IMG/VR virus record: IMGVR_UViG_3300030116_004360
Coordinates: 26,478 to 90,477 of that record
Strand: one strand, 5' to 3'
Source: a virus
DNA: 64,000 nt
Of this stretch, positions 39,810-48,849 are shown in pieces; position 1 is the stretch's first letter; the number at the start of each line of letters is the position of its first letter. The translations under genes were made by a program, and so were the position numbers. The notes beneath the pieces were generated by a model. The model did no database searches. It was not told the DNA's origin and saw only the letters and a program-made list of their open reading frames with translations.

Positions 39810-41034
39810 GTAATCGTTCTATTTCTCTAGACGCTACCTGTAATGTAATGTTTTCATCTCCTTCATAACCTAAATGGCGCAAAAATCTTAATTGTTTTTC
39901 AGTAGCCGGTCTTTCTTCATTAGGATTGATTATAGTTCTGATTTTACCTAACTGTCTATCAGTTAAATCTTTACCGTTATTTAATCTATCTTTCATATCT
40001 CTAAGAAAACTTTGCTCCCAAGTATTTCCACCCATAGTTTCATCAAAAATAGGTAGATTATAGTAATCGCACATATCAGAAAACTGGTCTAAACTATTCT
40101 CATCTTGAATTGCTTGAGAAATTTCTAACTGTTTTTTCCTTTCCTGCATTCTTTCTTCTTGAATACGGGCGTTTTCTTGTGCAATACGGTCCCTTTCTGC
40201 TTGACCTTCTACCCATTTTCTTTTTTGTTCAGCAATTCTTTGGCGATTCTTTTCATCGGCCTCTTCTAATTGCTTTATTCTTTCCTCTTTTACTTTATCT
40301 TGACGTTCACATTCAGCAATATGATTCTGTAATAATACATAAAACATCTGTAAATCATTCCAAAGCCTATCATTTGGATAGCCGCGTGTATCAATTTGTC
40401 TTTTTGGATTATCAGGATGATTCCATCTCCAAACAATTGAGGCCATTTTATATCCTCTTTCACCAAACTTTCCTGTGGCTACCTTTTTTATTAGATTTTG
40501 AGGAACATTCATTCTTAATTCATTTGACCAAGTATATCCCTTTTGTCTTACATTAATACGAAGGTCATATTCTTTAACTGCATCAAACATCATTTCAAAA
40601 GTTTCACCTTGAAGGTTCCACCACCATTCTGCTTTCAATGATTTAACTCTGTTTTTAATCCATGCTTCAATCATTTCTTCTGTAATATGCTCTTCTTGAA
40701 TACCTTGCTTACGCAATTCACGGATAATCATGTAAGATTCAATATGTTCTGAACCTACAATTTCCATATTACCGTTTTCAGTATTACAAATCTCAAAATG
40801 CCAAACAATTTCATGTCCACATAGACATTTCATTGGATGACTATTTGCATGAATAGCGGGTAATTGGGATAATGCTTCATCCATTGTTGGACAATACCAA
40901 ACATTTCCTGTTACTTCCCATTCATACTTTGCATCATCATAATTATCTGCATTCGATAATTCTACTAGACGCTTTTTTAGGACTCTATCCCATCGTCCAT
41001 CGCCTAATTCTCTCTTTGTTAGTAATTCTTCCAT
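39790..41034 (-). CDS. hypothetical protein with Zn-binding motif, coiled coil and C-terminal PATEKQ helix domain
   Basis: CLCGHEI…VGSEHI and C-terminal PATEKQLRFLRHLG…ASREIERL. Confidence 0.65.
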   Translation of the reverse strand: MEELLTKRELGDGRWDRVLKKRLVELSNADNYDDAKYEWEVTGNVWYCPTMDEALSQLPAIHANSHPMKCLCGHEIVWHFEICNTENGNMEIVGSEHIESYMIIRELRKQGIQEEHITEEMIEAWIKNRVKSLKAEWWWNLQGETFEMMFDAVKEYDLRINVRQKGYTWSNELRMNVPQNLIKKVATGKFGERGYKMASIVWRWNHPDNPKRQIDTRGYPNDRLWNDLQMFYVLLQNHIAECERQDKVKEERIKQLEEADEKNRQRIAEQKRKWVEGQAERDRIAQENARIQEERMQERKKQLEISQAIQDENSLDQFSDMCDYYNLPIFDETMGGNTWEQSFLRDMKDRLNNGKDLTDRQLGKIRTIINPNEERPATEKQLRFLRHLGYEGDENITLQVASREIERLLEERGE

Positions 41035-41182
41035 TTTTATTCACCTTTTATTCTAAATTTTCTTCGCCCTATTCCTTTAAAATCCCACAATCTATTACAG
41101 GCAGGGCAACCTTTTGGTTTAGTCATAAATTCCTCAAAGGAAATTACGTGTGAGCAACCTTTACATTTGATTGTTATACCAT

Positions 41183-41458
41183 TCAAGACATATCACCAAA
41201 TTCTTTTTCAAGCATTCTTTGGTCTGCTAAATATGCCGTAAGCAATTCATTAATCTTTTCAGGTAAGTTTTGAAAAATTCCTGCAATACATTCTCTATGT
41301 AATCCCAACCAAATTTTATACCTTGAATTGATAATTACCTTTGGTTTATCATCAGCATCCATTGTTATTACAATAGGAGGTAGTTCGTCATCCTCTACCA
41401 ATCTAAATTCAACAGTAGTTTTCTTTTCTTCTGTTTCTCTCAATCTAAAGTTGGACAT
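41183..41458 (-). CDS. hypothetical protein
   Basis: GGTGA RBS upstream; 91 aa. Confidence 0.6.
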   Translation of the reverse strand: MSNFRLRETEEKKTTVEFRLVEDDELPPIVITMDADDKPKVIINSRYKIWLGLHRECIAGIFQNLPEKINELLTAYLADQRMLEKEFGDMS

Positions 41459-41708
41459 AATCGTTCACCACCAATAATGCAGCAAATGACGCACATAATA
41501 CCGCGACAACTACAATTCTAAAGAAACTATAATTATCTTTCTTACAGTTCTTATCGAGACAATACCTCAAAACACTACCATCATTATATGATTCCTGTGT
41601 TAAAGGTTCTCCGGCATTCAATACTGCACCACATTCGGCACAAATCCATTCTTTTCTTGGTTTATTTACTATCTTTGTTTCTAAAAGTTTCATTCTTTCA
41701 CTTCCCAT
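41445..41708 (-). CDS. Zn-finger protein with C-terminal TM helix
   Basis: CAECG…YCLDKNC plus a hydrophobic tail. Confidence 0.55.
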   Translation of the reverse strand: MGSERMKLLETKIVNKPRKEWICAECGAVLNAGEPLTQESYNDGSVLRYCLDKNCKKDNYSFFRIVVVAVLCASFAALLVVNDYVQL

Positions 41709-41920
41709 ATTTTTTCATTTATTATTTTTCCCGTCTTTTTACAATCGCGGCATTCTATTGTGTTGATATATTTATGACCATTATCTTTAATGCTATCATA
41801 TTCTATTTTTATATCAACAATTTCATATTTTTCATGCTTACAAGTTAATTGCTTTTGAAGCATCTCTTCCATAGTCATTTTCTTTTTCTTAAATATCATA
41901 CTTATGCACCTCCTTAACAC
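41690..41920 (-). CDS. small Zn-ribbon protein
   Basis: CKHE…ECRDCKK. Confidence 0.55.
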   Translation of the reverse strand: MLRRCISMIFKKKKMTMEEMLQKQLTCKHEKYEIVDIKIEYDSIKDNGHKYINTIECRDCKKTGKIINEKIWEVKE

Positions 41921-42206
41921 TCTTATTTTCTACAAGAGCCTTATACCTTAACATGGTTAATTCAATACAATGAACTAGAATTTCATCTGCTGATTTTTCT
42001 TTCAAAAAGGGAGGCATATGACCTTCATCACATTCATCTATTCTTGATTTTAAATGATGCACAAATATAAACATATTTAGCATCTCACGATTTAGTCGTC
42101 TAATTTGACCCATAGTTGCTTTTCTTAATCTATGAGGTTTCAAATCAGTAATCTTCTTTTGAAAACCATTTTTTTCTCTAATAGTATATTCTTCTATGGT
42201 TAACAA
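41889..42206 (-). CDS. hypothetical protein
   Basis: ORF in the operon. Confidence 0.55.
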   Translation of the reverse strand: MLTIEEYTIREKNGFQKKITDLKPHRLRKATMGQIRRLNREMLNMFIFVHHLKSRIDECDEGHMPPFLKEKSADEILVHCIELTMLRYKALVENKSVKEVHKYDI

Positions 42207-42207
42207 A

Positions 42208-42669
42208 TTACTCCCTCATCGAATCTATTTTCTTTTCTAATTTAACTATCTTTTCATTTAGTTTCTTAACTCTAGCAATCATTATACTTTCTATAATTGC
42301 AGTAAACCATTGTTTTTTACTTTCTTTCTGTAAAAGGGAAACCATCTTTTTTTGGTTGCCTTCGTTCCTTTCAAAACCATCTTCTAATTTAGAGATTCTT
42401 TTCTCTAAATCTGCAATAGTTTTAGCATCTTTTTTAGCAGAAGCCATTTTAGATACAATAAATTCTCTCATTTTCTCTTCATTACCTGCCTTAGCATAAA
42501 TATTTCTTGATTTAACTAATCCTGCACTCATCTTTTTAGTTCGATGACTTTCATATTGTCCCATATGATGAACACAATATCTTTGGCTTGAACTTAGATT
42601 TGATGGAACTCTAAATGGGGTTCCACATGGGCCTTTACTTGTTTCAAATTCACAATATCTAACTATCAT
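42208..42669 (-). CDS. Zn-finger + coiled-coil protein
   Basis: CEF…GPCG…YCVHH followed by a coiled coil. Confidence 0.6.
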   Translation of the reverse strand: MIVRYCEFETSKGPCGTPFRVPSNLSSSQRYCVHHMGQYESHRTKKMSAGLVKSRNIYAKAGNEEKMREFIVSKMASAKKDAKTIADLEKRISKLEDGFERNEGNQKKMVSLLQKESKKQWFTAIIESIMIARVKKLNEKIVKLEKKIDSMRE

Positions 42670-43151
42670 TCATATCTCTCCATATTCTTTTTCCATTGTT
42701 TTATATCACTTTCATTAAAATCAAGTGAAGGTAAGTTGCTATCATGACCAGTAATCATATCTAATATTTTTAAGTTTCTATCCATTGTTGATAGATTTGG
42801 GTTAATTAAATTCGATATTTCTTCATCAGACATATAATCTCTACCATACATATCAACAGATGTTTTATAATTTAATTCTCCATCGTTCAAATCTAATTCA
42901 AAATTACCAATAATTAACTTATAATTTTCTTTTGTTATGTGAAGAATTACCTTATCTAAATGTTCAGCAGGAATATTTTTAGTATAAGTAGAATAGAACA
43001 TAACTTGCTCATTATCTTTAACTGTAAGAGAACAAACCATTTTACCGTTACGGCCTTCAAATCCAAAGGCAAAAGTATTGTGTTCTTTTTGCCACATATA
43101 GTTCCAATCATTACGCGTTAAATAACTATTTAAAATGTCTTCTAATTTCAT
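42666..43151 (-). CDS. YbjN-family (T3SS chaperone-like) protein
   Basis: ENYKLIIGNFELDLNDGELNYK matches the YbjN signature N-x4-GNFE-x-D-xx-DGE. Confidence 0.75.
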   Translation of the reverse strand: MKLEDILNSYLTRNDWNYMWQKEHNTFAFGFEGRNGKMVCSLTVKDNEQVMFYSTYTKNIPAEHLDKVILHITKENYKLIIGNFELDLNDGELNYKTSVDMYGRDYMSDEEISNLINPNLSTMDRNLKILDMITGHDSNLPSLDFNESDIKQWKKNMERYE

Positions 43152-43375
43152 TCTTCTTCACCCCTTAGTTTTAAATTTTCTGCTAGAAGCCTTTGAACTT
43201 CTAATTCTTGATTCTTTAAATGAGCCTCAAGAATTTCAATGTTATCTTCTTCTTTTTCAAAGAATTGGATTAACATTTGTCTTACATCATTCTTACGAAT
43301 CCATTCACCTGCAAATTTCTTTTGCGGTAATGATTCTAAATATTCTTCTGCTTTCTTTATTACATCTATTTTCAT
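43148..43375 (-). CDS. hypothetical protein
   Basis: 75 aa ORF coupled to the YbjN gene. Confidence 0.6.
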   Translation of the reverse strand: MKIDVIKKAEEYLESLPQKKFAGEWIRKNDVRQMLIQFFEKEEDNIEILEAHLKNQELEVQRLLAENLKLRGEEE

Positions 43376-43408
43376 ATTATTTCCTCTTTAAGTATTTATT
43401 TGAATAGG

Positions 43409-43482
43409 TGGGTCTAGAGGGATTTGAACCCCCGACCAACGGATTAAAAGCCCGTCGCTCTACCTGACTAAGCCATAGACCC
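43409..43482 (-). tRNA. tRNA-Lys(UUU)
   Basis: Reverse complement folds as a cloverleaf: GGGTCTA acceptor, ACGGG-CTTTTAA-TCCGT anticodon arm and GGTTCAAATCC T-arm. CCA is not encoded. Confidence 0.9.
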
Positions 43483-43520
43483 ATAATTAACTAAAGAATG
43501 ACCGGCTTATAAATCATTCT

Positions 43521-44084
43521 CTATTCTAAAGGAACATTAGCATTAAATTGTTTATTAAACTTAATTATTTGCTCTTGTTTCTTTTTGATGATATGGTCTT
43601 TAGGCCACCATGAAGGAGTTCCTGTCTTCCATGTGGCAAAATCCCATTTATCACCTAAGTAATATTGACGATATGCTTTAATTGCATCATCATCCTTATA
43701 TTTATCAGGCATAGCCTGTGCAAACGGAGTTAAACACTTATCTAACTCTCTTTTCTCTTTAAGAAGATTTGAACATTCTATGAAACTTAGTTCATATTTA
43801 TCCATATGTTCTTCCACTTTATGTTTTTTGTTATATCTGATTGTATACTCTTTACATAGGGCATAACAATGGTCTATCAGCCAATTGAAGTTTTTATAAC
43901 TTTTTCTCGCCCAAATAGTGCAAGGATGGTTGAGCATGACCGGCTTAAATGGGGCTGGAATAGCATAATGATGCAAAATAGTAGACAACATTTGGAGGCT
44001 TTCCGTTGGCATCTTAACTATATGCTTATCAATCATATATTCTGCTGCTAATTTAGGACAATCACTTAATATAAATATGTTCAT
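43521..44084 (-). CDS. pyrimidine-dimer DNA glycosylase-like (Pyr_excise family) protein
   Basis: MNIFILS…DKHIVKMPTESLQMLST…HPCTIWAR…FAQAMPD…AYRQYY. Confidence 0.75.
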   Translation of the reverse strand: MNIFILSDCPKLAAEYMIDKHIVKMPTESLQMLSTILHHYAIPAPFKPVMLNHPCTIWARKSYKNFNWLIDHCYALCKEYTIRYNKKHKVEEHMDKYELSFIECSNLLKEKRELDKCLTPFAQAMPDKYKDDDAIKAYRQYYLGDKWDFATWKTGTPSWWPKDHIIKKKQEQIIKFNKQFNANVPLE

Positions 44085-44109
44085 TGTTTATCACCTATGT
44101 AATAGAAAT

Positions 44110-44429
44110 ACGGTGCGAGTTCATAGTAAAGAGAAAAAACTACTATCATCTGTTTGCTAAAACCTTTTCTCGCTTTTATTTGATGCAAAACCGTGAATAT
44201 TATTCTGGGAACTAGTTCATAAAAATCGTAAATTACTATCAGCATCTAAAATGGTAAATTGGGCGGGTTTAATGTCCTATATTTAACATAGATGAACGGT
44301 TTTTCTAGTTTTTATTTGCTGCAAAACCCAGATGAATATTAAACAGGGAACTAGTTCATAGAAAAAAAGATACTACTATCAACGTGTGAAAAACGTTTTT
44401 CTAGTTTTTATTTGTTGCAAAACCCAGTT
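44110..44429 (-). ncRNA. tandem array of three structured ncRNA units
   Basis: Units at 44110-44194, 44204-44332 and 44342-44429 share TTTTGCANCAAATAAAA, TGATAGTA and TATGAACT and have covarying stems. Strand inferred from the flanking tRNAs. Confidence 0.6.
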
Positions 44430-44441
44430 ATATAATTTAGG

Positions 44442-44523
44442 TGCAGGTAGTAGGATTTGAACCTACGAAGCATTTTGCACCGGAACTTAACTCCGGCTCC
44501 TTTGACCACTCGGATATACCTGC
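44442..44523 (-). tRNA. tRNA-Leu(UAA)
   Basis: GCAGGTA/TACCTGC acceptor, CCGGA-GTTAAGT-TCCGG anticodon arm, long variable arm and GTAGGTTCAAATCCTAC T-arm. Confidence 0.85.
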
Positions 44524-44535
44524 ATTTTGTTATAA

Positions 44536-45270
44536 TTACTCATCAAATGAGACAAGTAATAGGATAAGATAGCCAATCAAGTCCATGATTACATCTTCAT
44601 CCTTTTCAATTGAATCATCTCCTTGAAGGAGCCTATTCAACTTATCATCAATTCTAACTCTAATTTGTTCATCACTATTTGCTTTACTGAATACTCTAAT
44701 TGGAGCAAGAACTGAATCACCATATTGCTTATTCTTAAGCAAAAGGAAGTGCGTAATTTCTCCACATTTCCTTGCAATCTTTTCTTGTGAATCTGTTAAT
44801 TTTGTTTCATTCTCAATTGTTTTATTTGCTTCTTCATATGCTTTAACCCAAGATGGAACTTCTTCTTTACCCATAAAATATTTCTTAAAGTTTTCAGTAT
44901 TTATTTCATTCTGAGCATCATCAATTGCATCTAACTTTTCTTCAGCAGTTGCATTTGTATATTGAGCAACTCCAGCAGCCTTTCTAATCTTTTGAACTTG
45001 AATCCAAAAATCACTTTGAAGACACAAATATGTTGACCTTCCTTCCTTGTGTGAATTAAACATATGTTTTATCATATTAAATCTCTTATACGCTGCACCT
45101 ACACTACAATAATTTATTTCCATATATGTGTCCAATAATACCTTTTTATTGATATCTGTATATTCTGAATTAATATCCATCATATGTGCTTTTCTCCAAG
45201 CCATCATAAAGTCATTAATTATCTTAAATTTTGTTTTTGCTTCTTTTTGTTTCTTATTCATTTTTTTCAC
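44536..45270 (-). CDS. protein with C-terminal DUF1599-like (nucleotide-modification-associated) domain
   Basis: KNKQYGDS…IRVRIDDKLNRL…DLIGYLIL. Confidence 0.65.
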   Translation of the reverse strand: MKKMNKKQKEAKTKFKIINDFMMAWRKAHMMDINSEYTDINKKVLLDTYMEINYCSVGAAYKRFNMIKHMFNSHKEGRSTYLCLQSDFWIQVQKIRKAAGVAQYTNATAEEKLDAIDDAQNEINTENFKKYFMGKEEVPSWVKAYEEANKTIENETKLTDSQEKIARKCGEITHFLLLKNKQYGDSVLAPIRVFSKANSDEQIRVRIDDKLNRLLQGDDSIEKDEDVIMDLIGYLILLLVSFDE

Positions 45271-45289
45271 CTTTTTGTTTGTCGAAAAT

Positions 45290-45570
45290 AGTGTGTATCA
45301 TAAGCGTATCAAACGCTGATACAGACGAAACATAACGATTCTCGACATAAATCGAAATGTTTCTTTTTGATTCGGGGTCATTAGTATCATGTATCATGTG
45401 TATCACCCTAGCCATATAGTTTTATTCTCTTAGGCTAATATTTTGACCCACCGGAGACAGATACACATGAGAATCATGATATATATGAGAATCAATATAA
45501 AATATATTAAAACAACTCTACTTTCCATAAATTCTATGTGTATTACTATGATACTCTATGAGACACATTA
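45290..45570. repeat. cluster of TGATAC/GTATCA and ATGAGA short repeats in non-coding DNA (origin candidate)
   Basis: gtgtgtatca, cgtatca, tgatacag, gtatcatgtatcatgtgtatca, gatacacatgagaatcatgatatatatgagaatca and atgatactctatgagacaca. Confidence 0.5.
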
Positions 45571-46005
45571 CTTTTCTTTCCCGATTTAAATACCCTCATC
45601 GCTAACACGTTGCTTATTTTCAGTCGTTTATTTATATATCAAAGAATATTAATGATTATACAAATCGAATGACTGATACTAAGTCGTTAATAATGAAACC
45701 CTAAATAATAGGCTTCATAATAGGATTAAAAGTTTTCATACCAACAGTAATAAATCCATGATATACACTTAGGTAACATTAATGAAAACAAGTCAATAAT
45801 GCGGAGTTGAAAACTTCAACAGGTTTCTCAATATACAGGTCCGTCGGGGGGTATATAAAAGGGCGGGAGCCGGACCGTAGTTTTGAAAATGACTCAATTC
45901 AACGCATATGGTTGTGCTTTGTTCAATCCCCTGATTTTGAACAGGAGTGGCAAAGGCCATCTTTTTGTGCTAAGTTAAAGCACAAAGATATTTTACATAA
46001 AAATC

Positions 46006-46236
46006 TCATCTATTATTCCTCATATTTTTCATATGTTGTATTAATTGCTCTGACGTTAAAACAGTTTTACGTCGTGAATGAGTGGGTATTTCCATAATAT
46101 GAGCAGGATATTCTCTACCACATGAACATCTATCCCATTTTCTTGAATAACTTAAAATTGATAATGTTTTATGGCATTTAGGACAAACATACTTAATTGT
46201 TGGTTGATTATGCTTTAAACGTGGATTAACTCTCAT
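46006..46236 (-). CDS. small Zn-ribbon protein
   Basis: CPKCHK…RCSCG with an upstream GAGGGA RBS. Confidence 0.6.
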   Translation of the reverse strand: MRVNPRLKHNQPTIKYVCPKCHKTLSILSYSRKWDRCSCGREYPAHIMEIPTHSRRKTVLTSEQLIQHMKNMRNNR

Positions 46237-46255
46237 ACTACTTCCCTCAATAAAT

Positions 46256-46299
46256 AAAAAAAAGGGAGGTCGGGGGAATTAACCCCCAACCCCCCAAAA
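46256..46299 (-). terminator. GC-rich hairpin + U-tract terminator
   Basis: Minus strand GGGGGGTTGGGGG-TTAAT-TCCCCCGACCTCCC-TTTTTT, downstream of 46336..46833. Confidence 0.6.
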
Positions 46300-46335
46300 G
46301 TGCGATAAAGGCACAGAACATCAATTGCTGACTAT

Positions 46336-46833
46336 TCACTCCTCCTCGTCGTGAACAGGCATTCCATCGGTTAGACCTTCTAGAGTTCCATCCCATGTTT
46401 CAGCCTTAAATGCCTTAGTCATCGCTGAACGGGCTTTCTTGCCCATATACGATGCATATTCTGTTGCGTCTGCAAATGCTCCTCCACCTGCTTTTCCATG
46501 CTTCAAGATAACTGCTTGAATTGTGGAATCATGGTTGAAAAAGTTGCGAGAAGCATCTTCAACGGTTTGAACAACCGAATCAACAACTACTCTTACAGAA
46601 GCAGGTAAAGACGGTTTAATACCGCGTCGAACCGGAGAACCCGGCATTCCGCGAATAAGTGACTTAATACTGTCCCAAACCCTATCTCTCTGTTCCTCAT
46701 TCTCGCTTCCCAAAGTTATCTGGAAATTAAGAACTTGAGCCAACTGGTCATTAACTGCATCAGTGGCTATAAATTCATTCAATTCAATTACTTTACTATT
46801 CCAATCTTGTGTATCCATTTTTTTCACCTTCAT
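46336..46833 (-). CDS. cassette protein, paralog A
   Basis: Shares PGSPVRRG, KHGKAGGG and WDGTLE with 49240..49779. Likely start is ATG at 46818 after GGTGA. Confidence 0.8.
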   Translation of the reverse strand: MKVKKMDTQDWNSKVIELNEFIATDAVNDQLAQVLNFQITLGSENEEQRDRVWDSIKSLIRGMPGSPVRRGIKPSLPASVRVVVDSVVQTVEDASRNFFNHDSTIQAVILKHGKAGGGAFADATEYASYMGKKARSAMTKAFKAETWDGTLEGLTDGMPVHDEEE

Positions 46834-47163
46834 TTGTGTTTTCGTTCTGCGCCTTTATCGGCAAAATATCCATATTCAAACCCCATATAAAGGGTTGCAT
46901 AGCAAAGTGCAACCATATGGTTGATACACATGATACACATGATTCTTAAAATTATTTTCTCAGATTCGATTTTTTGTTACCATTCTTATTTTCACACATT
47001 CATTAATACCATATGATGTGACTTTGGCGTATATCTTGTGCGGGTCACAATGGAGGGTTTTACCGGATTACCCACGAAATTTACTAAACGCCTTTGAGCG
47101 TCGTTCATTTCTCCATTGTGACCCATAAGGCCGTTTATCATCTCCTTTTACCTCCTTTCATAT

Positions 47164-47358
47164 TTAGTCCTCATTCAATTCACATTCGTCATTATTGCAC
47201 ATTCCAGATTCGTCATCAACATATGTATTACAGAATAGGCATAATAGGTCATCATAAGGCCCTATTTCCTTTATTTTCTTATTTTCAGGCTCAACATGGT
47301 TCCTAATTTGATTCAATAGTTCTGCTTCCTCTGGTGTTAGTTCGTGATTATCACTCAT
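47164..47358 (-). CDS. small Cys-rich cassette protein
   Basis: Probable leaderless start MSDNHEL; CLFC…CNNDEC. Confidence 0.6.
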   Translation of the reverse strand: MSDNHELTPEEAELLNQIRNHVEPENKKIKEIGPYDDLLCLFCNTYVDDESGMCNNDECELNED

Positions 47359-47467
47359 GTTAAACAGTAATTGCAGCATTATATCAAGATAGCCTCAAAG
47401 TATGCTATCATATGGTAATACTTTGTAATTACCTTAGAAATACTAAATCTTGTGTTATTTATAACTT

Positions 47468-47671
47468 ATGGAGGATAAGCAAAGCATGGATATGACCACA
47501 AATACACAAGAGCCACCTATTGTAGTAGAACCGCAATATACCATCGAAGTCGGACACGATAGATACCAAAACTTGATTATCAAGAGGTTACGTGTTTCAG
47601 GCGATGATTTAGAGCAGGTTTTTATACAATTGGAACAGGCATTGGCGGATTTTAAGATGATTAAAGAATGA
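47468..47671 (+). CDS. small cassette protein
   Basis: Starts about 50 nt after the repeat core at 47408. Confidence 0.6.
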   Translation: MEDKQSMDMTTNTQEPPIVVEPQYTIEVGHDRYQNLIIKRLRVSGDDLEQVFIQLEQALADFKMIKE

Positions 47672-47796
47672 CCAACCAATCAAGGGGGCATTATGATTGG
47701 TGGGAATTTATTCCAGATGAAGGACTTGAAATCCCTAAGAATACTAAACAATCTAACAACACTACCACTACGCAACGTGACGGTAAATCCTCTTAG
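47668..47796 (+). CDS. 42 aa peptide
   Basis: ATGA overlap; MTNQSRGHYDWWEFIPDEGLEIPK…. Confidence 0.4.
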   Translation: MTNQSRGHYDWWEFIPDEGLEIPKNTKQSNNTTTTQRDGKSS

Positions 47797-47971
47797 GTCG
47801 TGACCTAGGACGAAAAATGATAATACATAGTTATTATCGGCGGTAGATTACTTTTTCAGTGATATAATTAATTTTATATCACTTTAAAAGGTAATTACAA
47901 AGTATTACCATATGGTAACAACTTTCGTCGTTACCTTAAGAAACATAATAAAATCATTTACTTTGATTAAC

Positions 47972-48742
47972 ATGAGTGTAACCTATAACAGAACAATGAG
48001 TATCTATTACGATATTACCGACAGTCCATTGGATAATCCAACTATGAAGCGTAAGTTTGTGGCAGACCTAAGAAAGGTTGGTATTGCGGTCCACAATAGA
48101 TATGCTTACAATTCAGAGTTGAGGGAAGAAAAGTATGGTTTTACTGAAACTATGAAGGGTTCAGATAACTATGCTACTATCGTAAATGGTAATGAAGTAT
48201 TTTCATCATGGAATGAAAAGACCGTCATTAAATTGACTAACAATCTTATTGCGGCATTAGAGGATTCTGATGTTGAAATGCAGCAAACTGAATCAAAAAA
48301 GAAAGTGAAGAAATGGTCCGCTATTCAAGGAAAGTATTGTTATTTCGACGTTAGTGAAAAGTTAGATGGAACTCAAAACTGGAATCAAGATACAGTGATT
48401 GGTAAGCACTTACAATACGGTTCTCCTCAAAATGGTGACTATGTGACTATGAAGGTAGAATTTGAATTCAATTATGGTGAAATGAAAGTTAAGTTCGACA
48501 TCAATTGGGACACTAAAACAGTCCAAAAGAAAGCAGATATTGAGGCTATGGTGGTAGATGTTCCATTGAATGATATGGGGCATATTCAGAGAATTATTGA
48601 GAGAATTGCGAGTTACAAGAAGAATGGTGTAAATGTGGATAATCCGACAATTGAATGCCACTTTGATGCTAAAACAGAGAGTAGAAGCGAATGTGCGCCG
48701 GATATTATCGCAAAGGTGCGAGAAGCGCGTAAAACCGCATAA
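47972..48742 (+). CDS. cassette protein of unknown function
   Basis: The ORF-track start (47912) lies inside the palindrome; the likely leaderless start is MSVTYN at 47972. A UUCG hairpin follows the stop. Confidence 0.75.
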   Translation: MSVTYNRTMSIYYDITDSPLDNPTMKRKFVADLRKVGIAVHNRYAYNSELREEKYGFTETMKGSDNYATIVNGNEVFSSWNEKTVIKLTNNLIAALEDSDVEMQQTESKKKVKKWSAIQGKYCYFDVSEKLDGTQNWNQDTVIGKHLQYGSPQNGDYVTMKVEFEFNYGEMKVKFDINWDTKTVQKKADIEAMVVDVPLNDMGHIQRIIERIASYKKNGVNVDNPTIECHFDAKTESRSECAPDIIAKVREARKTA

Positions 48743-48849
48743 TTCCCCTATGTAAGTCGCCTTCGGGCGCATTAGGATAACTACAAAGCGTTACCATATG
48801 GTATTACTTTTGGAATACCTTAGAATATATTTTAAATATATATATTATC

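Noticed and set aside
29493-43375. Recurrent C-terminal GEEE/EEE as a protein-level signal
   Set aside because: It is largely explained by the overlapping RBS and start of the next gene (GGTGAAGAAGAATGA).
44110-44429. Hammerhead ribozyme, C/D box or TIGR array identity for the triple repeat
   Set aside because: The CUGANGA/GAAA and RUGAUGA/CUGA consensus motifs are not met, unit lengths are uneven, and no Nop-domain protein is recognisable nearby. It is kept as an unknown ncRNA.
45807-46097. 96 aa plus-strand ORF
   Set aside because: It has a TTG start, spans a repeat half-site and overlaps a better-supported minus-strand Zn-ribbon gene.
47912-47971. N-terminal extensions of ORFs 47912..48742 and 52906..53466
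   Set aside because: These starts fall in or upstream of the palindromic repeat and promoter arm; downstream leaderless ATGs fit the cassette pattern.
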